A stretch of 28,750 nt of DNA from a virus (Duplodnaviria > Caudoviricetes): the IMG/VR virus record IMGVR_UViG_3300020045_004452, positions 1-28,750 of that record. The stretch is one strand, 5' to 3'. This document shows, piece by piece, positions 8,195 to 17,803 of the stretch (the stretch's first letter is position 1; every line of letters starts with the position of its first letter). The notes under the pieces were generated by a model, which saw only the letters and a program-made list of their open reading frames with translations, had not been told where the DNA came from and ran no database searches. The position numbers and the translations under genes are program-made.

Positions 8195-10393
8195 ATGACA
8201 TTATACGTTGAAACAGATACGCCAGGTAAATACGGTTTAGTTGATACATTTATCAATGAAACTGTAACTTTGAATACGAAAACTATTTACGTGCAGGATA
8301 TTACAGCAGTATTCAAGGGGTTCACTAACGATTTTTCTACACAAGCCACGCCAAACAATATCAAATTATATGGGTATTTTGGATATACTGAACAAAACGC
8401 ACCCACCAACATTAAGAAGCGTGCTAAATTATTCTTAAACGGAGATCTGTTCAAAGAGGGAATTATCACAATTAAAGGCGTAAGCTGGGTAAATGGTTCA
8501 CCTTCATTATTCGATCAGGAATTTTCAGACGGCCAGCAGAATTTAACCGATACACTAGGAGAAGATACTTTGTCAATACTGGAAGGTGGTGATATTTACT
8601 GGACAACAAAAAACATTCAAAAAGGATTGCAGTCAATTCAAACGGCTTCTGACAATGTTACTCGCTGGTTTATTCCGCTGGTATCGACTGAAAGAATATT
8701 TTCTATATCAAGCTCCGAAGAAGCATTGCCGACTGATAATATATTTTATGATGCAGATAAATATATCACGTCAGAAAATGTTTTGCTTCCTCAGGAGATA
8801 AGACCAGCTGTTTTTATATCTGAAATTCTGAATGCGATAAACAGCAAGTACGATATTAAAATAGATCCTACTCCATTTATTGGCAACACTACGCAGTTAA
8901 CTGATTTAGCTACTATGTGTGTATCGGCTAATGTAGCGGTACAGGAAACTAAAGTAAAAATTACCAAAACAGACTGGGATTATGATCTATTTAGAGAAGA
9001 GCGATTTAATGCGGTCATAAGACCAAATTCTATAATAGAATTACAATATTTAGGCTATGGCGGCGGAGCTGCACATGACGCTACTTTTGACATGCAAATA
9101 AGTTTATCTAAAACTGCATCGTCTTTTTTAATAGCATTCGGATCTTTGCCCATCGTATCAGGTTATACTGATTTAGATGGTGAGTATGTGAAAAGCTTAG
9201 AGGTATGGGAGGTTTTTCCAGATGGAGAAAAGAAAAAGAAACTTAACTACACTGTACAAAACGGGTCAGAAAGCGGACATACAGGATTGAGAATACGAAT
9301 CGGATTAGATGTGTTCACACCAGAAGGAGGAAGCGAACCAAGCACATTGATTAAGCCTTTAATATCTGTTTTCGCATCAGTTGAGTCAGTGGCCGAATGG
9401 AGATTTACAAATATTTTTTTTAATTGGCATTCTGAAAATTGGAAAAAAGAAATTTTAAATAATGTGCAACCATCTGTTGTTCCTACAACTGTGAATTTAT
9501 TTCAAAGCTTGCCAGAAATGAAGCTGATAGATTTCGTGAAGTCTATTTACACAATGTTTGCATACAAACGATTTAAAGACAAGACGATCAATGATTTTTA
9601 TTACGTTCCAAAAACAATTGACAGCACAACACATCGATTAATTAGAAAAGAAAATGACTTAACGCCTTATGCTGATTTGTCGAAAGTAACCAAAAAGCCA
9701 AATACTTTTTATGACGGCTATAATTTGAAACATGCTACCAGTGAATATCAGCAGAATATTTCTTTCCTGTTAGCTAACGGTATGGAGTATGGGCAGTTGA
9801 AATATCCATTAACAGGAAAGCCAAAATCTGAATTTAAGATAGAGACTAAATTCACAGCCCCTGTTTTTAATCCTATTGCCACGGATGCAGATACTCAAAT
9901 ATTTACATTCTATCCATTCGGGAGCGAAGCAAAATTAAACGACACTGAAACTAGATTTATTTTTGATACCATTATAAAAGAACTGCCTGTGTTTTATTAC
10001 AACGGTGTTGCGGATATTTCAACACCTTATGCGTTTGTGGACACTGATTTGAAGATACTGAAAGCGATATCCAAGTATCATAAAATTTCACATCGTAGCA
10101 GTCGAATATTTACAGGAATAAACAATTACATTTCCAGTCTGTTTAATATTATCACTGGTGATTTTATAGATCAGAATACGCTTTATGTAATGGGTTATAA
10201 AGGATATATTGAGGACACATTGTCTGGTAAACGCTTAGCTCACACAATAGATTTGCAGTTGCCAAGTACTGAGATACAGAAATTTGATGATAGTGACGAA
10301 ATTATAATCAAAGAAACCAAATACACTATGATGGAAAGCAAAATAGGATTGACAGACGGAAAGGTAAAATTAATAATGCTTAATAAAATATAG
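8195..10393 (+). CDS. Putative tail tip/hub protein, 732 aa
   Basis: Large aromatic-rich protein next to the tape measure; motifs FTNDFS...ATPNN and LPEMKLIDFVKSI are typical of Bacteroidota phage tail proteins. Confidence 0.65.
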   Translation: MTLYVETDTPGKYGLVDTFINETVTLNTKTIYVQDITAVFKGFTNDFSTQATPNNIKLYGYFGYTEQNAPTNIKKRAKLFLNGDLFKEGIITIKGVSWVNGSPSLFDQEFSDGQQNLTDTLGEDTLSILEGGDIYWTTKNIQKGLQSIQTASDNVTRWFIPLVSTERIFSISSSEEALPTDNIFYDADKYITSENVLLPQEIRPAVFISEILNAINSKYDIKIDPTPFIGNTTQLTDLATMCVSANVAVQETKVKITKTDWDYDLFREERFNAVIRPNSIIELQYLGYGGGAAHDATFDMQISLSKTASSFLIAFGSLPIVSGYTDLDGEYVKSLEVWEVFPDGEKKKKLNYTVQNGSESGHTGLRIRIGLDVFTPEGGSEPSTLIKPLISVFASVESVAEWRFTNIFFNWHSENWKKEILNNVQPSVVPTTVNLFQSLPEMKLIDFVKSIYTMFAYKRFKDKTINDFYYVPKTIDSTTHRLIRKENDLTPYADLSKVTKKPNTFYDGYNLKHATSEYQQNISFLLANGMEYGQLKYPLTGKPKSEFKIETKFTAPVFNPIATDADTQIFTFYPFGSEAKLNDTETRFIFDTIIKELPVFYYNGVADISTPYAFVDTDLKILKAISKYHKISHRSSRIFTGINNYISSLFNIITGDFIDQNTLYVMGYKGYIEDTLSGKRLAHTIDLQLPSTEIQKFDDSDEIIIKETKYTMMESKIGLTDGKVKLIMLNKI

Positions 10394-10395
10394 CC

Positions 10396-12330
10396 ATGGC
10401 CGAGGAATTAGAACCAGTAAGACAGAATATTGAAATAAATGTTACTGACAAGGGAGCAGATGAAGCAACAAAAGACCTCGCTAAATTAGACACGACCATA
10501 ACCAGTACGACAGAATCATCCAATAAGTTAACGGATTCCAATAAAAAGCAGGAGGAAGGATTTAAAACGCTTAAAGCTCAGTTAAAAGAAGCTATTGTAC
10601 TGCAACAAAAAATGTCTGCGCAATACGGGGCTACTAGTGAAGAAGCGATAAAAGCTTCTAAAGCGGTTGCAAGTATAAAAGATGAAATAGGTTTTCAAAA
10701 AGATTTAGTTGATTCTTACAACCCTGACGACAAATTCCGTGCGTTAACTCAAACGGCAGGACTTGCCGCTCTTGCACTAGGAGGCGTTAAGGACGGTTTA
10801 GCAGCTATCGGAATTGAAAGTAAATTTCTGGATCAGGTCATAGGAACAGCACAGGCTTTATTAGGGGTTACCAGTGCTATTGGCGGTGTGTCAGATGCCT
10901 ACGGAGTTTTAACAGCTTCTCAAAGGGCAGCGAGTGCTTCTGCTGTAGTTGCAGCAGGAACAACGGAAGCGTTGGCAGTTGCTGAGACTGAAGCTACCGT
11001 GGCAACATGGAGCTGGAATGCTTCTTTATTAGCAAACCCAATTGTGCTTATTACAGCCGGAATAATCGCAGCGGGCGCAGCAATATATGCTTACACTAAA
11101 TTAGTAAGCGATACGGCAAAAGCAGAAGAACTAGCCAAGGTCGCCAGCATGCAATTAAACCAAGCTATCGAACATCAATCGAAAGTGTTTGAAATAAACA
11201 ACAAAGATCTATCTGAGAATAACAGTCAGAAAATCGCTTTGTTAAAAGCCAGCGGAGCAAGTGAAAAACAAATCTATGCTGAAACTGCTGCTTTAAAAGC
11301 TCAGGAAATACAATTAGCTCAGAACTATAGAAACGAAGCTATCAGGATAGAGCAACGTGCTTACGACTTGGACAAACTAAATAGTACCGAAGCTACACAA
11401 GAAGCTTTGAAAAACGCTCAGGAGAATCTAAAAAAAGCAAATGACATTATTTTGCAGGGATTTGATGAAGCGGACAAAATTAGAAACGAGCATGATGTAG
11501 CCGTATTGCAAGCTGAAACAGATGCAAGGATAAAAGCCGAAGAGGAAAGAAAAAAAGCAGAAGAAAAAGTAAGAGAGGACGCTAAGAAAAAGAGAGAGCA
11601 AGACCTTAAGGATAGAAAAGAATTGCTGAAATCAGAAGCACAGGCAGATATTGACACTAAAAAAGAACTCCAAGCCGCACAAGACGAAATCAACAAGGAG
11701 CGTGAAGATTCAGAAAAAGAAGACCGTGAAAGAATAGCAGCTACAAAAGTTGCTGAATTAGAAAAATTTGCAGACGATCAAAAAGCAATTGAAGAAGGAA
11801 TGCTTCAGCAAAAAAAAGATATTCAGTCTGCTGAAATCGGAATAGCCGAAAGAGGAATCCAATTGATTGCTTCTGTATTTGGAAAAAGCAAAGCGGTGCA
11901 GAAAGGTGCTATTATAGCAGAAAACGCTATAGGAATAGGTAAGCAAGTCATTGCCAATAATACCGCAAACGCTGGAGCATTGGCCACACCGCAGGCTATC
12001 GCAACAAGTGGAGCTTCTGCCGTTCCTGTTATTGCGCTTAACAATATATCTACTGGAATTGGCATTGCATCAACAATAGCAGCAACTGCAAAAGCATTAA
12101 GCGCAGTCGGTGGCGGGGGGGCTGGATCTGCTGGAGGTTCTGGAGGTGGCGCACAACCGAGCAGGAACGTTGCGCAAGTTGGGTTTCAAGGAAGTACCGA
12201 GAATCAAATCAGTAATGCAATTGCTTTGCAACAAAAGAACATTCCTCCAGTACAAGCTTTCGTGGTTTCTCAGTCGATGACAGATCAACAGGAACTTGAT
12301 AGAAAAAAAGAATTGCAGAATAGTTTTTAA
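10396..12330 (+). CDS. Tape measure protein, 644 aa
   Basis: Ala/Gly-rich and helical, WSWNASLLANPIVLI motif, long charged coiled coil, C-terminal PVQAFVVSQ. Confidence 0.85.
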   Translation: MAEELEPVRQNIEINVTDKGADEATKDLAKLDTTITSTTESSNKLTDSNKKQEEGFKTLKAQLKEAIVLQQKMSAQYGATSEEAIKASKAVASIKDEIGFQKDLVDSYNPDDKFRALTQTAGLAALALGGVKDGLAAIGIESKFLDQVIGTAQALLGVTSAIGGVSDAYGVLTASQRAASASAVVAAGTTEALAVAETEATVATWSWNASLLANPIVLITAGIIAAGAAIYAYTKLVSDTAKAEELAKVASMQLNQAIEHQSKVFEINNKDLSENNSQKIALLKASGASEKQIYAETAALKAQEIQLAQNYRNEAIRIEQRAYDLDKLNSTEATQEALKNAQENLKKANDIILQGFDEADKIRNEHDVAVLQAETDARIKAEEERKKAEEKVREDAKKKREQDLKDRKELLKSEAQADIDTKKELQAAQDEINKEREDSEKEDRERIAATKVAELEKFADDQKAIEEGMLQQKKDIQSAEIGIAERGIQLIASVFGKSKAVQKGAIIAENAIGIGKQVIANNTANAGALATPQAIATSGASAVPVIALNNISTGIGIASTIAATAKALSAVGGGGAGSAGGSGGGAQPSRNVAQVGFQGSTENQISNAIALQQKNIPPVQAFVVSQSMTDQQELDRKKELQNSF

Positions 12331-12404
12331 TTCGTATATTGCGTATTCAAAAAGCGGAAGCCGAAAAGCTAACGAGTAGGCAAATATATAATACACACGC
12401 ACTT

Positions 12405-12704
12405 ATGAAAGCGCTTAGAATTATTAATCAGCAATTAGAAAATTGCGAAATGACAAGCGACATTTGTTTAGAAGGGAATGATTACGATGTAGTTATGAAA
12501 GTCAAAAATGCCGTACAGGGGGATGACTTTTTTGAAAACGATATGAAAAGTTATTACAACGGAGAAAGCCGAGACGAAACTATTGTAGGTTTTGTTCATG
12601 GCAAAAACAAAATTCATCCGATAAGAAAACATGAGGTTGCATACATCGTAAACGAAAAGGGAGATACGATAAAAAGAATTTACGGATTATATCTAAAAAA
12701 TTAA
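12405..12704 (+). CDS. Moron-like hypothetical protein, 99 aa
   Basis: The ATG at 12405 (leader GCACTTATG) is more plausible than the TTG at 12339. The gene has its own upstream non-coding region and downstream terminator. Confidence 0.75.
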   Translation: MKALRIINQQLENCEMTSDICLEGNDYDVVMKVKNAVQGDDFFENDMKSYYNGESRDETIVGFVHGKNKIHPIRKHEVAYIVNEKGDTIKRIYGLYLKN

Positions 12705-12710
12705 TTTTTC

Positions 12711-12740
12711 AAACCGATATGTAAAAGTATCGGTTTTTTT
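12711..12740 (+). terminator. Intrinsic terminator
   Basis: AAACCGATA-TGTAAAAG-TATCGGTTT followed by a T run. Confidence 0.8.
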
Positions 12741-12743
12741 ATT

Positions 12744-12751
12744 TACATTTG
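12744..12751 (+). promoter_or_regulatory. Bacteroidota -7 promoter element upstream of the head module
   Basis: TACATTTG matches TAnnTTTG, immediately after the terminator. Confidence 0.65.
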
Positions 12752-12827
12752 CTATTGAATCATCCGTATGAAGTTGTACGGTACTAAAGTAGGTTAGGTT
12801 TGGGGACATTAATTACTAAAATACCAG

Positions 12828-12867
12828 AAAAAGGAACATACGTTTAATTACGTGTGTTCCTTTTTTG
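12828..12867 (+). terminator. Terminator-like hairpin in the head-operon leader
   Basis: AAAAGGAACATACG-TTTAATTA-CGTGTGTTCCTTTT followed by Ts, about 13 nt before ATG 12881. Confidence 0.65.
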
Positions 12868-12880
12868 CATTATACCAAAT

Positions 12881-13882
12881 ATGAAAGTATTAAAATATAA
12901 ATACAACCCAAACAAGAAAGGCGTGTTTAGAATTTCGTCTGTAGAAGTTCCGGCTGTTGGGTTAGGGGATTTGGTTTTAATGTCGGCAGATATTGAGCCA
13001 CAAGAAATAAAAGGAGTGTTTTACTCTCCTGTTATGATTCCAGATATTAAGATTACACGTATTGACCCAAAGACTAACGAAAAGTATTTAGTTTATTATG
13101 ATGCTGAAACAGTAGAGCAATTATGCTACAACTATTGGAAGCAATGCGGAAACAAGAATACGAATTTAGATCACGCTGACGAAAATACAGAAGGGATTTA
13201 TCCTGTTGAAAGCTGGATAGTAAAAGATTCAGAAACAGATAAAAGCAAAGCTCTTGGAATGCCGGAGCAAAAAACAGGTACTTGGATCATGGGCTATAAA
13301 GTTGATAATCCCGAAGTACTTGAAAAAGTAAAAAACAATCTATTACAGGGTTTGTCTATTGAAGGCTCGCTGGACATGGAAGAAGATACGGATAATCCGA
13401 TTACTAAATTTAATAAACATTTTATGAAAAAGACACCATTAGAGTTTGCTAAACATTTAGCTAACGTAATTATGTCAGCTGTTTCGGATGAAGAAAAACC
13501 AGCCGAAAAAACCGCAGAGGAATTAGCAGCTGAAGAAGAAAAGAAAAATCAAGAAATGGAGGCGGAGAAAACTCCAGAAGAAATTGAAGCCGAGAAAAAA
13601 GCAACGGAAGAAGAAGCTCCAGCAAATGAAGTTGAAACTTTAAAAGCTGAAATTGAATTACTAAAAAAAGACAAAGCTGATTTAGAAGCTGAACTTGCAA
13701 CTTTCAAAAACGATGCTGTACTTATGTCGGCTCAGTTGGAAGAAGTGAATAAAGCTTTTGAAAGCTACAAGACTGTGAAGATGTCTGCTCAAAGCTTAGG
13801 CAACTTGGAAAACAAAAAAGTAGATAAGCCTTATTCAGAAATGTCTAACGCTGAAAAAACAAAGTATAACCGTAACAATTAA
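12881..13882 (+). CDS. Prohead serine protease (XkdF-like) fused to a scaffold-like C-terminal region
   Basis: Motifs ISSVEVPA, SPVMIPD, NTNLDH, ESWIV, GTWIMGYKVDN and GLSIEG, then an acidic coiled-coil C-terminal half. Start moved to the ATG at 12881 because the GTG at 12854 lies in the hairpin. Confidence 0.85.
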   Translation: MKVLKYKYNPNKKGVFRISSVEVPAVGLGDLVLMSADIEPQEIKGVFYSPVMIPDIKITRIDPKTNEKYLVYYDAETVEQLCYNYWKQCGNKNTNLDHADENTEGIYPVESWIVKDSETDKSKALGMPEQKTGTWIMGYKVDNPEVLEKVKNNLLQGLSIEGSLDMEEDTDNPITKFNKHFMKKTPLEFAKHLANVIMSAVSDEEKPAEKTAEELAAEEEKKNQEMEAEKTPEEIEAEKKATEEEAPANEVETLKAEIELLKKDKADLEAELATFKNDAVLMSAQLEEVNKAFESYKTVKMSAQSLGNLENKKVDKPYSEMSNAEKTKYNRNN

Positions 13883-13887
13883 AAATC

Positions 13888-14157
13888 ATGGCAGAAGCTA
13901 AGGAAAAAACAATTGAAGAGCAAAGACACGAAGCTCTGACCGCTGAGATAGCGAAAAAGAAAAAAGAAATTAAAGAGCGCAAAGAAGCTGAACTGAAAGA
14001 CGGGTTTTTAAATCCGCTTGGAGAAGGAACTTCTTACGAAGAATTTATAAAAGCAGTTGCTGCTTCTAAAAAATCCGTTGCAGAATACTGCAAAGGAAAG
14101 CTTGATAAAGCAACTATTGAGTGGATCGAAGGGGAAATCAAACAAATAAAAGAGTAA
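13888..14157 (+). CDS. Hypothetical head-module protein, 89 aa
   Basis: Charged helical ORF between the protease and capsid genes. Confidence 0.8.
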   Translation: MAEAKEKTIEEQRHEALTAEIAKKKKEIKERKEAELKDGFLNPLGEGTSYEEFIKAVAASKKSVAEYCKGKLDKATIEWIEGEIKQIKE

Positions 14158-14160
14158 AAA

Positions 14161-15204
14161 ATGGCAGTAACATTCACCGGCACGAAATTGCCACAATCAG
14201 AATTACCGGAAATTCAGCAAGAGCTTTACCAAGACTCTGCCACATTCCGTGAAAAATGGGTAGATATTCAAGAGGGACACAAGTCCGGTACTGATGTTTA
14301 CGAGTCTAAAGTTTCAGTAACAGCCAAAGCGGCATCTTCTGGTAAAGTAACAGCTGATGCTTCAATCACGTTGAGAGCTGATAAAACCCCAGTTGTATTA
14401 ACTTCTATTGAGTTTTCAGATATCATTGACGAATCTACATTGTTAGATACTCGTTTTGAGCGTTCAATGAAAGCAGGAGCTTACAACAGAATTTCAAATG
14501 AATTCGATAATGCTGTACTGGTACAAGTTACTCCAGCAATCGGGGAATCATTGGAAAACATGATTTGGAACGGTGCAAAATCAGCTACGAAAGTATCTAT
14601 TGCTGCGTTACCTCCAGGTGCTGGACAGGGTTCTATTTCAGCAGGAGCGCAAACATTGGTTGCAGCAATGCCAACTAACTTAATTGATAGTTTACCAGCT
14701 ACAATTCTGCATAATGCTTCTCAGTCAAAAAACACTCCGGGTGCTGGATTGGGAGATTATAGAAAAGTACTTTCTATCGCAGCGGTAACCAGCGCAACAA
14801 TTGCAGCAGAATATGCTAAGATTTACGCAACTGCGCCTAGCAAGGTAATTCAGAACAAAACAAACGTTCCTTTTATCTATGCACCTCTAGGCGACTTGCA
14901 GTTAATCAAAATTGCAAACAATGCAGTTGGGGCAGCGCAACAAGTAAACTTCTTAGTTGAAGGATCTGGGGCAAATGAAAAAGTATCTTACAACGGTATC
15001 GAAATTAAATTCGTTCCATTGGTAGGATTCAGAGTTTTGGCAGATCCTAGATATTTAAAAGTGATTATGGACTTAATGTCTGATATGTCAGGTTTAAATA
15101 TCGGAGAAGTTGGAGAGGGAGCAATGCAACGTTTTATCAAAAACATTCAAACAATTGCGACTTGGTGTACAAATCAGAGATATATCACTCTTTACGGAGG
15201 ATAA
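14161..15204 (+). CDS. Major capsid protein
   Basis: 347 aa, downstream of protease/scaffold; ENMIWNG motif typical of Bacteroidota phage capsids; followed by a strong hairpin. Confidence 0.8.
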   Translation: MAVTFTGTKLPQSELPEIQQELYQDSATFREKWVDIQEGHKSGTDVYESKVSVTAKAASSGKVTADASITLRADKTPVVLTSIEFSDIIDESTLLDTRFERSMKAGAYNRISNEFDNAVLVQVTPAIGESLENMIWNGAKSATKVSIAALPPGAGQGSISAGAQTLVAAMPTNLIDSLPATILHNASQSKNTPGAGLGDYRKVLSIAAVTSATIAAEYAKIYATAPSKVIQNKTNVPFIYAPLGDLQLIKIANNAVGAAQQVNFLVEGSGANEKVSYNGIEIKFVPLVGFRVLADPRYLKVIMDLMSDMSGLNIGEVGEGAMQRFIKNIQTIATWCTNQRYITLYGG

Positions 15205-15212
15205 TAATTAAC

Positions 15213-15228
15213 GGGCAGGAAACTGCCC
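15213..15228 (+). other. GAAA-tetraloop hairpin after the capsid gene
   Basis: GGGCAG-GAAA-CTGCCC with no long U tract; likely mRNA stabilisation or attenuation. Confidence 0.7.
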
Positions 15229-15245
15229 TTAATACCTAGTTTATT

Positions 15246-15815
15246 ATGTGCGAAATAGCATTAACAAAATCACGTAACCTTAATTGCGTTACTAAAAAGG
15301 TAGGGATTAAGTCTCTTTCAATCATCAAGTACGATCCTTTAAATAGAGTTGTTACGACTTCTACAGGCGTATTGACGCTTCCAGCTTATATGCTTACCGC
15401 TACAGAGCCAGCAGGACCAAAAATCGCACGTTTTGACGTAAAAAACACCACTTCGAACTATACTGATACACTTACCAACAACATGGACACACGTTCTGGA
15501 GGTCGTAAGGGTCAATTACCATTGGTTTTAGTTTCTGCAACTGGTTTGGATAATATTTCTCTTAGCGATATTATTGACGAATTGACCAAAACGGAGTTTA
15601 TAGGTTTCTTAGAAATGAAGAACGGTGATTATTTTGTGATTGGTTCGCAGTTTGGGGCAATGGTTTCAACTGCTGTAGACACTACAGGAGGACAGGACGG
15701 AGATTTGAACGGTGTAACAATTACAATCGATACAGACGAGGCAGATTCATTCCGTAAATACTGGATGGCTTCGGCTTCTGTAACTCAATTGCTTGCGTCT
15801 ACAATGGCTTATTAA
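15246..15815 (+). CDS. Probable major tail (tube) protein
   Basis: 189 aa, starts MCEIALTKSRNLNC; TGGQDGDLNGVTIT motif; Thr/Ser-rich and beta-type. Confidence 0.65.
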   Translation: MCEIALTKSRNLNCVTKKVGIKSLSIIKYDPLNRVVTTSTGVLTLPAYMLTATEPAGPKIARFDVKNTTSNYTDTLTNNMDTRSGGRKGQLPLVLVSATGLDNISLSDIIDELTKTEFIGFLEMKNGDYFVIGSQFGAMVSTAVDTTGGQDGDLNGVTITIDTDEADSFRKYWMASASVTQLLASTMAY

Positions 15816-15836
15816 CCTGAAAGGAGGTGTAAATCT

Positions 15837-15864
15837 AAAAAGGCGTGTAATTGCGCCTTTTTTT
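15837..15864 (+). terminator. Intrinsic terminator
   Basis: AAAAGGCG-TGTAATTG-CGCCTTTT followed by a T run. Confidence 0.8.
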
Positions 15865-15876
15865 ATACAAAAAAAT

Positions 15877-16185
15877 ATGAAAGTAGTTACCCAAGAGATT
15901 CCTATTATTAAGTTCTCACCTAGATTCTATCCTGATTTATCAGATACACTGGTGCTTACTATGGATAACGCAAACATTATCCCGTTTTCATGGGTAATAA
16001 CAAAAAATAATATTGTTGCCACGCTCGAAAATACTACAGGATTAATCCAAGGCGAAACTTATTCTTTCACTGTCACACGAGGTCAAGAAATTGTATACAA
16101 AGGAAAAATTATTTTCGTTGCTGATAACACCGATATTCAAAACTACACTAATAAATCACAAAATACAGCAAGATGGGAGGTATAG
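15877..16185 (+). CDS. Hypothetical structural protein, 102 aa
   Basis: ATG after the terminator (the TTG at 15793 spans the terminator); IVYKGKIIF motif. Confidence 0.75.
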   Translation: MKVVTQEIPIIKFSPRFYPDLSDTLVLTMDNANIIPFSWVITKNNIVATLENTTGLIQGETYSFTVTRGQEIVYKGKIIFVADNTDIQNYTNKSQNTARWEV

Positions 16186-17330
16186 AAAATGTTTACTCTT
16201 TTAGCGGTGAAGAAGTCGTAAAAATGTCAGCTTGGCAACCTATTGATATTAATCCAAGAGTAACACAAGGCGGTTTCAATGCCGTGTGCAATGGACTTAA
16301 TAACTCAAACTACAAAACACTTCGTGACGCTTATGACGACAGCCCAACAAATCAAAGTATCATAAGCTCTTTCGTTAATTTTATGTATGCCGATGGGATA
16401 AAAAACGTTGGTTCCGAGTTGGATATTTCAAAATACTTAAGCCCAGACGATCAGGAGTTGATTTGCTTAGACACTAAAATGATTGGGGGGTTTGCTTTGC
16501 AGGCAATTTGGAATGATAGCGAAAAAGATAGAAAGTTATTGAAATTCGAATATGTTCCAATTGAAAACTTTGCAGTTGAATTAGACAACAGGCTAGTGCA
16601 TCCAAAAGTTGTTAGTTATTGGTATTCTTGGGACTGGACGCAATCGGCTACTTATGTGCCTGTACCATGCAAAAAATTTAACGGCACATATCAGGGTGGA
16701 GTCGAAATAATTATTATCCAAAGAATTACTAAAAACAAATTCTTTCCATTACCTGATTATTTTTCCTGTATCAATTATTGTATTGCTGAAGGATTCCTTG
16801 GACAAAACACTAAAACACATTTCCAGTTTGAAAACAAAATTACAACCGTAATAAATTTCAATGGAGGAAAGCAAGGATCTGCATCGGAAGAAATAAAAAA
16901 GAAAAAAGCTGAAGAGGTAAAGAAAGATTACACAGGAGGCTCACCAAAGCATCATGTCGTAGTTTCTTTTAATTCCGATGCTTTGGACGCAACAACTATA
17001 GATCAAGTTGAAACACCTAATTTAAACCAGCAAAATGTATTTTTTGCTGAAGAGTGCGAAAGAAAAATAATTGTCGGACATAGTGTGCCAAAGATATTAT
17101 ATTCTGGATCAAGTGACGCTTCTGGATTTTCTAGCAATGCAGACGAAAGAATTATAGCAACCAAAGATTTGTACCGCAGAAATATAAATCCATTGCGTAA
17201 AGTGGTACTGGATGGACTTACTGGATTATTTAAATTGATAGATCCAGCTGTTAAATTGGAGTTTGTGGATTTTGAGGAATTTAGAGAAGCTAAGCAGATT
17301 GTAGAACCAGCAAAAGAAACCGAACTATGA
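16173..17330 (+). CDS. Portal protein
   Basis: 385 aa; motifs YDDSPTNQSII, FFPLPDY, KIIVGHSVP and GFSSNADE are typical of Bacteroidota phage portals. Confidence 0.85.
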   Translation: MGGIENVYSFSGEEVVKMSAWQPIDINPRVTQGGFNAVCNGLNNSNYKTLRDAYDDSPTNQSIISSFVNFMYADGIKNVGSELDISKYLSPDDQELICLDTKMIGGFALQAIWNDSEKDRKLLKFEYVPIENFAVELDNRLVHPKVVSYWYSWDWTQSATYVPVPCKKFNGTYQGGVEIIIIQRITKNKFFPLPDYFSCINYCIAEGFLGQNTKTHFQFENKITTVINFNGGKQGSASEEIKKKKAEEVKKDYTGGSPKHHVVVSFNSDALDATTIDQVETPNLNQQNVFFAEECERKIIVGHSVPKILYSGSSDASGFSSNADERIIATKDLYRRNINPLRKVVLDGLTGLFKLIDPAVKLEFVDFEEFREAKQIVEPAKETEL

Positions 17331-17803
17331 TAACCAAACTATTCATAACAGCCGAGCAAGTCAAAGCGACTACTTCAATAAGTAGCGGAACTGACAACGA
17401 TCCAATCGAGCAAAAAATATATTATGCTCAGATCACAGATATTGTGCGTGTATTAGGGCAGTCTTTGTATGATAAAATCTATACTGATCTCGCAGCAAGT
17501 ACACCATTGGAAGGGGAGTATTTAAACATATTCAATAAGTACATTATTGACATGCACGTGTTTTTCACCGCTCATTATTTTGTGTTATTCAATGAGGTAA
17601 AAGTAGGTAATACAGGAAATACTGTTCCAACTTCTGGAAGCTGGCAACCTTCATCGAAAACGGTTGCTTTATCTGAACAGTATCAAAGCTTAGCAATATC
17701 AGTTGAGAATAATTTTCGTAAATACATGGAAAATTCCACTTTGACAGAGTGGGGAAATTGTCAGAAATCAGCAGAAACTACGAACTTTAATGACTTCTAC
17801 TAA
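17327..17803 (+). CDS. Putative head-tail adaptor/connector
   Basis: Follows the portal; AQITDIVRVLGQSLYDKI...Y..IFNKYI pattern. Confidence 0.6.
   Translation: MITKLFITAEQVKATTSISSGTDNDPIEQKIYYAQITDIVRVLGQSLYDKIYTDLAASTPLEGEYLNIFNKYIIDMHVFFTAHYFVLFNEVKVGNTGNTVPTSGSWQPSSKTVALSEQYQSLAISVENNFRKYMENSTLTEWGNCQKSAETTNFNDFY

Noticed and set aside
11418-14196. Minus-strand ORFs opposite the tape measure, protease and 13888 genes
   Set aside because: Ser/Phe/Leu-rich mirror translations of Lys/Glu-rich sense genes.
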